DNA from: Pecten maximus
Taxonomy: Eukaryota
DNA: 64,000 nt
NCBI RefSeq assembly: GCF_902652985.1
Contig: NC_047018.1
Span: 26,536,001 to 26,600,000, forward strand
Direction of reading: 5' to 3'
The position numbers and the translations under genes are program-made. Positions 12,706-26,300 of the stretch are shown in pieces. The notes under the pieces were generated by a model that made no database searches, had not been told where the DNA came from, and was given only the letters and a program-made list of their open reading frames with translations. Positions within the stretch are counted from its first letter, which is position 1. Each line of letters starts with the position of its first letter.

Positions 12706-15700
12706 ATGTCCATCTTGCTGGATAATGACTGCAGTGATATCAAGCCACGACTCTGCACTACAGATGACAATAACCATCTTCATATAAATCAGAAAGTTAT
12801 AGGGTAAGTTCACTTCCCAACGATTTTAAGTATGAAACGCTGAATTTACAGAACTGCTATAAATGTAAAGGTGAAAATATATAGCAGTATTGAAACTGAT
12901 GACGCTAAATCAACGTTCAAAATATAACGTCGAATATATTTCATGTTTCCGTCATTTCCTCCTGAACAGATTTCTATCCGGATTCGTCCCGATAGGTATA
13001 CATCATGTTCCATACCCTGGTACTGGAGAAAGCGGAAACAAGGTATACATACATTAACTTTTCAACTGGCAGAAAAAACAATTTCCCTTACTCATCCACA
13101 TATTCTTTGTAAGGCCTACGTGATAAGCTGACGTTGTCGATAACAGAAATCGTATTAAGTTGTCGGACTTTGTCGGATCTTTCCGTATAAAGTATCCAAT
13201 ATGGCGAGTTCCTCATTCCCATTTACCCATAATGGCTCAAAACAATTCATAATTTAACTAACCGTCAGAGTGCCAGTGGACCCTTTTCAGTTCCCTCTTT
13301 ATTTGAAAGTCGAGGTGGTACAATATCATAGATTTGTTGGTTTACCACCTACACGACTCCGCCCCTAACAAGATTTCGTCATAGATGTGTGGGAATCTAT
13401 GGACCCATCGTCTAGTCGATTAAGAACCGCCCTGCCATGGCGTATCCAGCTGGCGTCATTTAAATACCGCTTGTAAATGTAGAGTTTTCTGCCAACTTTG
13501 GAAATCTCCCAGTTGACACGTGATTAATTGTGCGGTGTGATCTGTGATTGCAAATTTATTGAACTGTTTACTTGGATGATTTCTCTAGAAGTCAGAGAAT
13601 TTACTGGATTAAATCGGAAATAAATACGAGTCCCATAAATCAACGAATGGGCAATCATTTTAAATCTGGACAAGGTATCCCTTAGACTCTCACACATCAA
13701 CGAAGTCGGATTGACACGTAATTTGTTATAAACAGAACAAATGTCATATGTCAAATAATAGGTCCAAATAGCCATTTCGCTAATTCTTTTGGAACGGCTG
13801 TCGTGTTGATTGCACCAAAGGCGTCTGCATCTGGTTAATATTTATAGAAAAAATATTAGTCCCTACTTCGAACAAGTTAATTTTCAGTTAATTGTGATTA
13901 CACTACGATTATGTAAAAAAAAAAAAAAAATTCATATGTCCTGTTAAAACATTTGTCTATACACTGCATTATAGCATTAAGATTCATTCTAGAGTTTTAA
14001 AAATGGAGTACTGGCGGACTTTGTCATTTTCTTCAGATAACAAGCGCTTACGACGAGGCCCTCAAGACTGTAGGCTACGGCCGACTGGAGAAACAATGTA
14101 CCATCTACTATAACAATCCTTTTGATCCAAGGCTGTAAGCATGTATTGGTATTGATCAACGGTACTTTCAGCTATGCATAATAATAATGGTTTAATGGTT
14201 TATGTAATAAACCCAAATTAAAGAAAATATGAGTAATGGCCGGGATACCATGTGTCCTTAACTACGGTAGATAGACGGACGCATTACATGCTCATTGGCA
14301 ATTATATCAACTTTGTTTGATTGAATGACCCTGAACCATGGGCTTCTACGTCACAAGGGACAAATGTGTTAAGTTCTAAAATGGAATTTCGGATCCACTT
14401 GAATGATATACATATTAAATGATGGCAAACGAATATAAACGCATTCTTACTGGAAAGAAATACATCATTGTAAGGTAATTATGATTGTAAAAATAACTTA
14501 ACTACAATGTATACTAACAATGTTTTAGTACTTTTAATGGACTCGGCCACCTTCTGACTGTCACGGACACTGAAGCAGGTTCCATGTCGAAGGAGCAGCT
14601 AACACAGAACGTATTCCTTGCTTTAGAAAACACGAATCTCGTCATGGATGACTTTTTAAATCAAAGCCGGATCTTTTATCAAGCTCTGTGCAGTACCACC
14701 GATCTGGACCTCCATGTCGACCCAAACAGGTATAAACTGTTTCCGGAAATAGACGGAAACGTTTCGGACGATGGATCCGAAGACTGTAAACGCATGTTTA
14801 GCAAAATATCCAGCCTCCCAGTGAAGAACATTTGGGGAGATACACCAGGGACCACAGGGGGCGCCGCGACAGTCCTTAGGTCGGATCAGACAACTGAAAA
14901 GACGGGTACAGCAAAGGAGGAATGTAGGTCTGGTACAGGAGAGACTCCGTCCAAGGAAGATGAGGATCCGGACCCACCGCATATTAACAAGATACGATAT
15001 TCATACCAAAGGCTTGAGGGCAAGAACAAGTCGAGCGTTGAACCAGCTTGGAACGCGTCAATGAGTCCCGAAGAGGCGTCAACATATGACCATGTTGAAC
15101 GGGAAATAGAGCAGGTCATGTCCGAGGAGTCGGACCCGGAAGAGCCATGGGATGATACAAGATTCAACGGATAAGCCAACACAATTGATGGCAGGAGATC
15201 AGGACACGGGAGACCGAGCTGTAACCAAGCCAGAAATAGAACCGTCCCCGCCAAAATGTCCAAAACAGTAGGTGGTACTCGTATAATCCATAAGTAAGAC
15301 TGGACAGAACTTGATACGATGTAAAACATGTAGTATAGTCTGGTATACAAAAATGTACACAAAATGTTCGAAACAGTAGGTTGTATGGAGACTGAATAGA
15401 GCTTTATAATTCATGGAGTTCATTGTAAAGATGCACATATAATGGCCGGATTACATATAATCTATTGACAAAAAATTGATGTTAAATCAGATCTCTCATT
15501 GCACACTGTTTTCTTTTTTCCCATTCCATGTAATACATGATACGAGTGTGAAATGTGAGACATTATTTTTATTAGATTGGGAAATTAGATCTTTATGAAA
15601 ACGTTTCCAGCGTTCTGCCAGACCGATATAAATAACATGATTTCCTCACAATTACTAGTAAGCATTTAAACAAAATTACTAGTTTTAATCATGCGCTTCA

Positions 15701-17488
15701 TTTGTTAAAGAACCGCCCAGACAGAAGAAGAAACGATGAAGGAACCTACCCTGTCTACCCACTATTCCGGAGAATCGGACGTCTCCACAGTCGAGTCGAA
15801 GCCAGGACTAGATCGGGTACCTCCAGATCCTTGCCGTAATGACTGCGATCCAACAACTGCAGCGACTGAAGTTGGGCCAGGCCATGATGCTATGGCGGCA
15901 GCAAAGATCCAGGAATTCAAACAGGAGATGGAGAGAATTATTGCTGGGCGTGATGTGCCAAAGTCCTCTCACATGGATGTCCCGAATTCCGAACGTTCTG
16001 TAGAGTCGATTGTAGCCAAGTCTTTGCTAAGGCCGAGCGTGCCCTCGTTCTACCCCGGTTTCAAAAAAGTGGGAACAGCCGACCACGGAAATGAACACGT
16101 GACTGACGGGAAGACGTCCACAAACAACCGCACTACACGTCCACCGCCAGGGATTGCTCACCAGCATGGAAGTCAGGTAGGATATGGATCAGGAGAGTAG
16201 GAGTTCAAAAGTAGTCATAACAAATCCTTACATCAAATTAGTGCAAGCATCGGTGTAAAATGCATTCACCGAACTTACTGAAAAAAGGTTAAATGAAAAA
16301 TTACACCGGAAACATATATCTATATATACTTGAGTATTGTTATTCGAAGGAAAGGAGGGAAGTAATAATATAATGTTTCCTTTGGTAATGCTTACTAATG
16401 CTATGGCAACCATCGACAGTATCCGCTAACTTATATAGTATATATAACTGTCCACTAGGAAATATTATTTTTTAAGAGTCCATAAAATCATTACGTTCAT
16501 TGTATGATTTATCATCATCATGAGAATAAGAATTTAAAACTCTTTCTTACACAACATTCCGTTGTAGATACATCCAAATTGGGCACATGTACAGTTTAAT
16601 GCGGGGCACATTCCAGCAGGAAATTTCCAAACCCATCATGCAGCTTCCAGAACAGATCATGGGCAGAAACCGTTCGACTTCCGGTCGACATTAACCAACC
16701 CTCGAACATGTAATCAACCTCCCGCTCTGAATAAGTTACAAATGCAGCCAACTCAGGCAGCGGCGGCTGCTTTGATAATGGCAAACTGTCTGCAGCAACC
16801 CTCTAGACGAGATGTAACGTGTAACCCACAGCCAGCGCCACAGAACAAGCCTTATAACGACTTCCAGCCACCTCCTAGGTATCAACAGTATCAACAGCAT
16901 TATGGCCACATTGGTGTGCAGAACCCGTACCAAGGGAATACAGCGAGGAATCCACCCCCCGGCTTCAACGAAACTCCACAGGCTCCAGTTCGCAATCGGG
17001 AACACGCTGCTTTTCGATCGGAACAAGTACATCAACAGCACCCTATACCTCTACAACAGCAACTAGCATTCAGGTTTTCTGCAGAACAAAGCTTCCAGCA
17101 TCCGCAGCAACAACCAAACATTGGTAATAGATTCACTCAGCCCCAAGTCCAGAACTTACACCAACACCAACTTGCCCAGCAGCAACAACATCAACAGAAC
17201 CAACAACAGAACCAACATCAACCGCAACACCATCCCCATAACCATCAACATCAACAGCAATATCGTCCCCTGCAACAACCACACCGCCTTCCCCATCAAC
17301 CGCACCCACCTCTTCACCCACTCCAACCACAGCAGCACTTTCTTAACCCCGAAGGTCCCTCCATTCCAGTACTTCAACAAGATACAGAACGGGTCGCAAC
17401 AAACTACTATGGATATGCGCGCTGGCTGGCATCTCAACATACAAACGGAGAACACAAACTGCAACAACGGAAATGTCGATCTGTGTGA
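12706..17488 (+). CDS. Uncharacterised multi-exon gene (predicted globular N-terminus, acidic disordered middle, Q/H/P-rich C-terminus) with an internal in-frame TAA; possibly a pseudogene or recoded
   Basis: Phase-consistent exons 12706-12803, 12970-13042, 14037-14134, 14529-(15267 or 15293), 15711-16176 and 16568-17488. The model gives 304 aa up to the TAA at 15172-15174, then about 500 more open codons. The first two exons are tentative. No family was recognised. Confidence 0.55.
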
Positions 17489-18059
17489 GGAAAGCTCAAC
17501 GCCTTTGATAACGTTAAACAGTTCCAGGCTCACAGATGATCCGATACTTAACGGTTCAGTTGCAGATGATCCTGGAATGAAAACTGATGTGACGACTGAT
17601 GTACCGACTAAGAGTGTTCTGGTCAAGGGGATGTCGGCTAGTGCGGAGAGTATACCGAGCCTGGTGAAAGGCGACTGTAACAGGGAAAGTTCCAAGGACA
17701 AACACCGGAGCTCCAAGTTCCGGTCACGCCGTACAAACCTTGTGCGCATCTATCCTTCCAAAGACTGTTCTTAATCACATGACAGGTCACTGTGAACTGT
17801 TCATATATTGTCGGGTGTAACGATACTATTTTAATATATGCTATTGTTTTATATGTGTTGTGTCTTATATAATGAGTTATATTAAATGGACTATTGTTTT
17901 AAGAAAGTGTCTTTGCTTTGTTTTTAATTTATTAGTTCGAAACATTGACAAATGAAGATTACCAGCTATAACTTACACAGAGACACATAGACATATATTA
18001 AACACAGCTGCATATAACTGTTTCAATGCGAACTGGCAGGAACTAACATCTATACACTA

Positions 18060-18273
18060 GAGCCCAATAACCCAAAACGTGATTAGGTTAATCATTTGAT
18101 TAATTATCCTTTACTTCAAACCCTGTGTGTATTCCTTAAAATAGGCAGGTAGGAAGACCGACGAGCTTGATACAGGTCGTTAACTTTTGTCAAATTAATT
18201 TTACCAGAAATGATTTCATCATGATTTTAAAATTGTTGTTAAACTGCGATAAGCCTAATCACCATTTGGGCCC
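18060..18273. mobile_element. Degenerate MITE of the same family as 40656-40841
   Basis: Ends gagcccaa..gtgattagg and cctaatcac..ttgggccc. Shares the internal motif taccagaaatgattt with the 40.7-kb copy. Confidence 0.5.
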
Positions 18274-20392
18274 AGAAGGTGGTAATTAGCTATCACAAAA
18301 ATTCTTCAATAGACAGAGACAGGGCTTAATATACACCGGATAATATAATTCAACTGAATCTACGTAAAGACACCAGTATTGCTAACACAATTAAAAGAAA
18401 TAAATCAACATGTTTGGTTAATGTCCTTTACGTTTTTGATTATTGGATATATCGGATTAACTATGGTTGTATACTGGTGTCTTTATGTATGGATTCACTG
18501 GAACTATATATTATTTTAGCAACCACGACTGCCGTAGTTATCAACGGCACAACACATCCCAACTTTTATTTTCTTCCTACCGTATTTCAACGATTTGTTT
18601 AGAGTAAATATAGGATTGAACGGTGTTTATTTGAATATCGTTTTTCGTTCCAGGTACACTTTAAAAGCGACATTAACATAAAACCAATAATTGAATTGCA
18701 TCGCGCAACTCTTAATTACTTCCCAAGATGTAGAAATCCTATTCTACAAACATGTAATATATCAATTTGAAGAAAATGTTCGCATACATATATATATCGA
18801 ATTCAGCATATTGACACTGTCCACGAGTGTTGGCACAGACAGCAGGGAATTGCACTAAATATTTCAGACAGTTAAGTCACTGAAACATTCCCTCAACCCT
18901 GGAACATTATTTCAAGTAAAAAAGATTTGTTGGAAACAGATATAAGTAATTTTGCTTGCCTTGTTGGACACCATGTCGCTTCGGTGCCGACTCCCCATAT
19001 CCCACAATACCGCATCCCCAATTGTGAGGCTGAACACGGTGATCACCCAAAGAATATTATTATCAATGTAAAGGCTCCAATGTAGTGTGATAGTGGTGTT
19101 TATTGCAGAAGAGGCTCAGTTATAACTGAACCTGATCCGACACCTCCTTTTTATAGCTGGTTACAATATATAGCAGTGTTAAATCATTATCAAATATCAC
19201 ACTGTACACAAAAGTAATAGACGGTTTTGTAACATAATGTTCGGTTGAGTAATAAGCGTGGACGCAACAAAAGGTAAGCGCTATTTCATCCAGCATATAT
19301 ATATATATAAGTTTTGATATTTTTGGTTACACATTTTCATCTTCGTACATGTAGGAATACTGTTGTTCAAAATGCAAAAAAAAAAAAAAAAATGCTTTGA
19401 CGTGATATTGAAAGTACATGTGTAATAATCAGCATTCCTTTCTGTGTGTTGTCAGACTTTTAAGAACTACTTCGGCGTTTTTAATATCGTTTAAAGTAAA
19501 AACGAGCAGAGACTAAAGTGTATACAGAACCATACAGTATATCATTAGTGAACAAATACGTGAAAATGCATATACTGTGACATAAAAGAAAAAAAAATGG
19601 ATATTAAACATCAATATATGTCAGACAACATTTAGTTAAAACTTTCTTTTATTCAAATATCAAAGTACATTATATTGCATACAATACAACACCATTTCTC
19701 GACTGATTCCACATCATACCTTATCGATCATAGTATGAGACCCCGAAATGATCGAAGTGGAAGTGACCCGACTTTCCCCCACTTATTTTGAAATTGCCAC
19801 ATACACTGATAGTTCATTGAATTGGATAGTGTTATCCTACAAGTTCTGTATGTATATAAGGTGTACAAACAACGGACAGATTAATGTTTTAAATATGAAT
19901 GATTTGCGTGATTTTGAAAACTTGTATTGTTTTGTATTAAATCGTACGGCTACCGTCTCAGTCTACATTGCACAGCACTCTAAATAGAAATAAAAAGAAA
20001 TAGGCCTACTTAACTGTCTAGATTTGTAAACATTGCATTTATCAAACGAGTCCTATTTCCATATAAAAAGAAAAGTATACAAACGTAATATGCTACTAAT
20101 TAATTCTTAACGCCTTGTTGGTAGTAAAATTATTTGAAAAACATCAAGGCATTAGCCCTAATAATAAAAAAAAAAGAAAAAAAGTGTCCGTGCTGGTGCT
20201 GTGCATCGAATCACCTTGGAAGAGTTGATATTCGAGAACTCTTCAGTGTGTGAAGGTAATAAATTTGATTGTTTACAGTCGGCGGCAGAAGTAGTAATAA
20301 TGCTGAGTGCTACATTTTGTAATGGTGTAGTACTGTATCATAGTGTTATTTGAAGCCTTTCACAAACAAAACAAAGACAGAAATCATCAGCA

Positions 20393-23300
20393 ATGGCAGA
20401 TGTTAACGATGACGACAAACCATCCGTAACTGTCGCATCCAAGGTCTCATTTGCGGAACTGTGTGGACTACTTGAGAAAATATCCAAAACGCAAGGAAAT
20501 GATAAAAAGAAGCGGATTTTGACAGATTTTGTTGACAAATGGAGAGACTATCATAACTCACTACACGAAAATGATAAAGACACGGTGAGTTTTATTTTGA
20601 TAATAAGTTCAAGAAAAGAAGTTAACCGGCGAATTACAAAGGTCACCTGTACATGTACATGTGTTACAAAGTATAATAGGCAATAGCCAGAAATACCTGT
20701 ACAAGACTTATGTACAGTTATTTCTGGCTATTTCTTAATATAAGACTAAACAATGTCCTCTGTGCATGGGGTGTATGTTCTGATCCCAACCATACATGTA
20801 AGCCAATACAGTAGGTAATTATATATATATATAATCACCATGCAATTAGCTCACCCAGGCAAGCCCTAAAGTAGCCTGATCATGAGTTTACGATTGTCTA
20901 GATACATCTTCTAATTCAAGAAGTTGCATGATCTGGAACCCTCAACACATCACTGAGCTTAAAACTCTTCTTAACTCTGACACTAACCCAAATGTCATGA
21001 TATGTCTGACATGTCGGGGCCAGAGGAAATGCGGGCTACTCAGACACATTTGAAGCAGGTTCTTATTCTGAGCAAGTCAATCTGATTAAAATCAGCTGTT
21101 ACATGGCTACGTTTACTATGCACTAGTGCCTGAACAGGTAGTGCATAGTAAATGTAGCCATGTAACAGCTGATTTTAATCAGATTGTGAGCAAGTTATCT
21201 TTCAAAACTAAAACCTGACATCCCAACTAATAGTACCCACATGCACGTGCACCTTAGACCCTACATACCCTAACACTACATTAGTCCTGGCAAGGAAGAC
21301 GTGACAGCAGACAGGAAACTAATCCATCAGACTGCCCAGTATACAATATATATACCACACTGAATTTATCCCACATTTAACAATACAAAACTATAAGGAC
21401 CAATCACAAATCACAATAGATGATTCACAGGAGCGTTAAGCTTGACCCTGTCAACATATGCATATGCTACATATGCAACATTTTAAAAATAATATTGTGC
21501 ATGTCCATTTTCGGTTGTTTCTTGTTACAACCATTTGATGGACACCGGTCTAAAATCAATATGTATTGTGTATTATATTATTTTGTTTTGGCCATATGAA
21601 AGACATCTACATAGCTCAATAATCATTATTATGGTCACTTTCAGACTGACTCATTCTATCCTGCCATGCGGTTATTGCTTCCTCACCATGAGAAGGAAAG
21701 AGTAGCATACGGAATCAAAGAGGTATGTATGTTTGTTATATCCTGTTTTACATTTTTGTTGGTAAAAGCCTTCATTATTAATTTTTGCCAATATGCAAAA
21801 AATATTGTTTTACAATTGGCAAAGCCTTGTTGAAACCTAGCAAAATGACACAATATGACATTTGACATTGCTGAAAAAAAAATGAAGATTATTTTTATTT
21901 TTGTCTCTCAGGATAATCTTTTAGACAAGTTTTTTTTCTCAACAAATCACCTTGAAATACTTTTACATTTTTTTTGTATATGGAACTTGGATATTAAATG
22001 TTTCTTTTAACTTTAACGGGGTCAGTCAAAATATATGTTGACCTGTTTATATTTAATCAACTGTACATGTACCACTACAGCACATGTTAGCCAAACTGCT
22101 GATTGAGGTGTTGTGTCTAGGAAAGGACAGTGCTGATGCCAACAGACTGCTTAACTACAAAGCTCCGAAAACTGCAAGAGCTGTAAGTAGTAGGTGTTAC
22201 CATAGAAACAAGTAAATAATAATGTCTACCAGTGTGTTAAAGCTGAGTCATTTCTGTTTGTAAGTAAATTTTGATGTTATTTCATAGCTAGTTTGATTAA
22301 TCTGTATTTGTTGATGCTGTAACTTCTAAATTGAAAGTCCACTGTTATTGTCTGGTTTGCTGTTAATTCTGAAGTATGTGTCCTCAGTAGTGGCTTTGTC
22401 AGTCATCTCTGACTCATCTGTTTACCTATACTTTACCATTAAAATTGTTGATATACAGGATGCTGGAGATTTTGCCGGTGTGACCTACTTTGTGTTGAAG
22501 AACCGCTGTCCAGAGAGGGGTACATTAACCATTCAGGAGGTAAATGACTGTCTGGATGGTATCGCCCAGAACAATGCTGCCAAGAAAAAGGACTTGGTGA
22601 GGAAGAACGTGCTAAGACTCTTGACAAACATGTCAGCTGTTGAGCTCAAATGGCTCATCAGGATGATTGTCAAGGAACTGAAGGTGGGGCTGAGTCAGGC
22701 GTCGGTCTTGTCTGTTTATCATCCAGATGCTGAGGACTTCTTCAATGTCAACAACAACCTGGAAAAGGTATTCTATGTTATAATCATGGTGTCACAATTT
22801 GGATATAAGACACATTAAAGGCAGACTTTTTAAAAGTAGATCAATGTGACCTATATTTTATCCTATTTTAACATTACTTGCTGAATAGTTTGTTCAGGGG
22901 CAGAGGTTTATTTGAACTGATTTATTGATATAATTCAAAAAGTACATCACTAGAACCAGTTTTACTAATATATGGTATTTCAGTATATTTTAATGTATTT
23001 GTAGTTATAAATTACCATGGTCGTATTCTGGATGGTATTAGAAAACATTTAAGAAGAAAAAAACCTGACTGGAATGAGATTTTGAGCGATGTCTATTGAA
23101 TTTTATGTTTGAAGGTGTGTCGGATGCTGAGAGAGAGGAGTGTTCGGGTACATGAGATTGGTATCAGTATATTCTCACCCTTTTCTCCGATGTTGGGGGA
23201 AAGAGCTTCACCTGATGAGGTATGTGTTTCCCATAATGATATTCTATCAGGTATGTGATATTCTATCAGGTATGGACAGATTTATCCAGCAATAAGCCCA

Positions 23301-26300
23301 TTTACATTTACAAAATCAGCCTGAAAAGTTACACCCACAAACATATTAACACCATCAGTATGATGACCTACACCCACAAACATATTTACACCATCAGTAT
23401 GATGACCTACACCCACAGACATATTTACACCATCAGTATGATGACCTACACCCACAAACATATTTACATCATCAGTATGATGACCTATACCCACAGACAT
23501 ATTTACACCATCAGTGTGATGACCCCACCCACAGACATATTTACATCGTCAGTATGATGACCTCCCCCCACAGACATATTTACATCGTCAGTATGATGAC
23601 CTATACTCACAGACATATTTACATCGTTAGTATGATGACCTACACCCACAGACATATTTACATCGTCAGTATGATGACCTACACCCACAAACATATTTAC
23701 ATCGTCAGTATGATGACCTCCACCCACAAACATATTTACATCGTTAGTATGATGACCTCCACCCACAGACATATTTACATCATCAGTATGATGACCCCAC
23801 CCACAGACATATTTACATCGTCAGTATGATAACCTATACCCACAAACATATTTACATCGTCAGTATGATGACCTACACCCACAAACATATTTACATCATC
23901 AGTATGATGACCTACACCCACAAACATATTCACACCATCAGCATGATGACCTACACCCACAAACATATTTACATTGTCAGTATGATGACCTACACCCACA
24001 GACATATTTACATTGTCAGCATGATAACCTCCACCCACAAACATATTTACATCGTCAGCATGATAACCTCCACCCACAAACATATTTACATCGTCAGTAT
24101 GATGACCTCCACCCACAGACATATTTACATCGTCAGCATGATGACCTCCACCCACAGACATATTTACATCGTCAATATGATAACCTCCACCCACAAACAT
24201 ATTTACATTGTCAGTATGATGACCTCCACCCACAAACATATTTACATCGTCAGCATGATAACCTCCACCCACAAACATATTTACATTGTCAGTATGATGA
24301 CCTCCACCCACAAACATATTTACATCGTCAGTATGATAACCTCCACCCACAAACATATTTACATCGTCAATATGATAACCTCCACCCACAAACATATTTA
24401 CATCGTCAATATGATGACCTCCACCCACAGACATATTTACATCATATGCAATACATATTGTAGACGTTTTATCAACCTTCAAATAGTCTGTAACATAATC
24501 ATTCAAACATGAAATTTTCATTTCATTATTCAAATGCAGAATCTATTGTACATAAGAATCCCATTGATAAGTTCACATAGTTTTTAAACATTTTTTTTAT
24601 TTAAAAAGATTAAAAGAACAGAATTAACAAAAATAGAAAAATGTGATTCTAAAGAATTCATTTTCTTGTCCAATCCTGATAAAATCTAAATTCCAACAAG
24701 ATTTGATATTTTGTTAAAGTACATTACAATTTTATTCAGAAGTTTTTCAGGTTCAGATATATGTTATAGTGAAGATTTTCTAGATAGTTCAGGATTTCCT
24801 GAAGATAGGCTATATAGACAGTATGTATATTGTAACAGGTGGAGAAACTGATGGAGGGTAAGACCTACTTCATAGAGACCAAGTTTGATGGAGAGCGCAT
24901 GTTGTTACACAAACGGGATGATGAATATAAATACTTTTCCAGGAGGTATGACTTTTACTGAAAGAACAGCCGGAATCAATAATAAAAATACTTTGATTTG
25001 ATAAGCTACTACATTTGTATTTATAATTGATGATTAGTCATAAAATATTAGAAATATCCAATTTTATAATGTTTCTGATACATATTTTTAAAGAAATTTC
25101 TCCATTAAATTAGAAAGTAATTTATGAATTCACTATATTACTATAAATCAAGTGAAATGTATATATTCTGCATTTAGCTGATTGTTACAGTTTTAAAGGT
25201 CATCTGAATTGATAGTTAGGACCTTTTGTATTCTATTGTATTCTTTATCTATTGTTCTTTTAATAGAATTTGCTTCCATATTGTTTAGCAATTTCATATT
25301 TTTACCTCTAGTGCAAATGAGTATACAGCCACATTTGGGTCCAACAGTTTTGAAGGGAATTTCACACAATACATTCATGACTTATTCAAACCTGGAATCA
25401 AGTCATGTATATTGGATGGAGAAATGTTAGGATACCATGCAGAAACTAAAACCTATGGTTGGTGTTTTATTTTACTTTACACTTAAAACTGTACATTTAT
25501 CTATTCTTCTCTCCGATTATCATTTTACCCTTGATTTTAAGCAATATCAGACAACAAATAACTATATCTGAGAAATCAAAACATGTGTCAAATAGACAAT
25601 CCTCCCTTGTATCTATAGAAAGTTATGAAATCGGATTTTGGGGAGTCAAAAACCTTCTCTCAAGGGTCTACTGGATGTCCTGTCTGTTAAGATTTCCTTA
25701 AAACTATTAAAGTCTATTTTCCATAAAATTCTGTTCTTTGTCTGTTGAATTAGAAGGGTTATACTGATTTCATTTTATTCTGTATATTCAGACATATGGC
25801 CCATTATCATTTACCATGGTCCAAGTGTTTTGACCAGTTGGACCAGCATTGTTCATTTATGATTCAAACCTTGTTATTTTATATTTTGTTGAGCCCTGAC
25901 AAAGACTCTCAAGATTTGTATTAACAAGTCCCTCAGAATTTATGCCTGAAACTTACATTAAAAAGTACTGTTTGTCTGCATCAACATTATTATTTAAGCT
26001 ACAAAGGCCATGAACACAGACATCAAACGACAACAACAAGAAGGGTATCAGCCATGCTACAACATATTTGACATTGTTGTACTCAACGATAAAGTCCTCA
26101 CCAACAAACCTATTAGGGAGAGGCTACAGCTGCTGGAGACAGTGATTGAACCCGAGGAGGGGCGTGTACAGATCAGTCAGCACACAGAGGCCAACACAAA
26201 GTGAGTGGTGTACAGGGAAAATATGGGAATGTGCTCTACATGCAAACTTGATATGTAGATATTTATTTGCATCTAAAATAAATAGTGTGGGCACTGCATA

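Noticed and set aside
13201-13674. Frame from aatATGGCG to a phase-0 donor containing only TAA/TAG stops (7, no TGA), resembling a ciliate-type TAR=Gln code
   Set aside because: The other two frames have similar stop counts, and 7 in 158 codons is expected for non-coding DNA of this composition. Splicing 13042 to 14037 gives an intact ORF without it. Worth revisiting only if RNA-seq shows the region is exonic and conserved.
14656-17749. Antisense ORFs of 100-197 aa
   Set aside because: They are shadow ORFs of the + strand coding exons, with no splice or motif support.
18790-19150. GC-richer intergenic patch that might be a coding or TE remnant
   Set aside because: No sustained ORF, recognisable motif or terminal repeats were found.
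23255-24533. Long periodic ORFs (up to 252 aa) on both strands
   Set aside because: They are translations of a 39-bp (13-codon) intronic minisatellite. The same applies to the ORFs at 2934, 4054, 27877-28603, 37106, 38579 and 42083.
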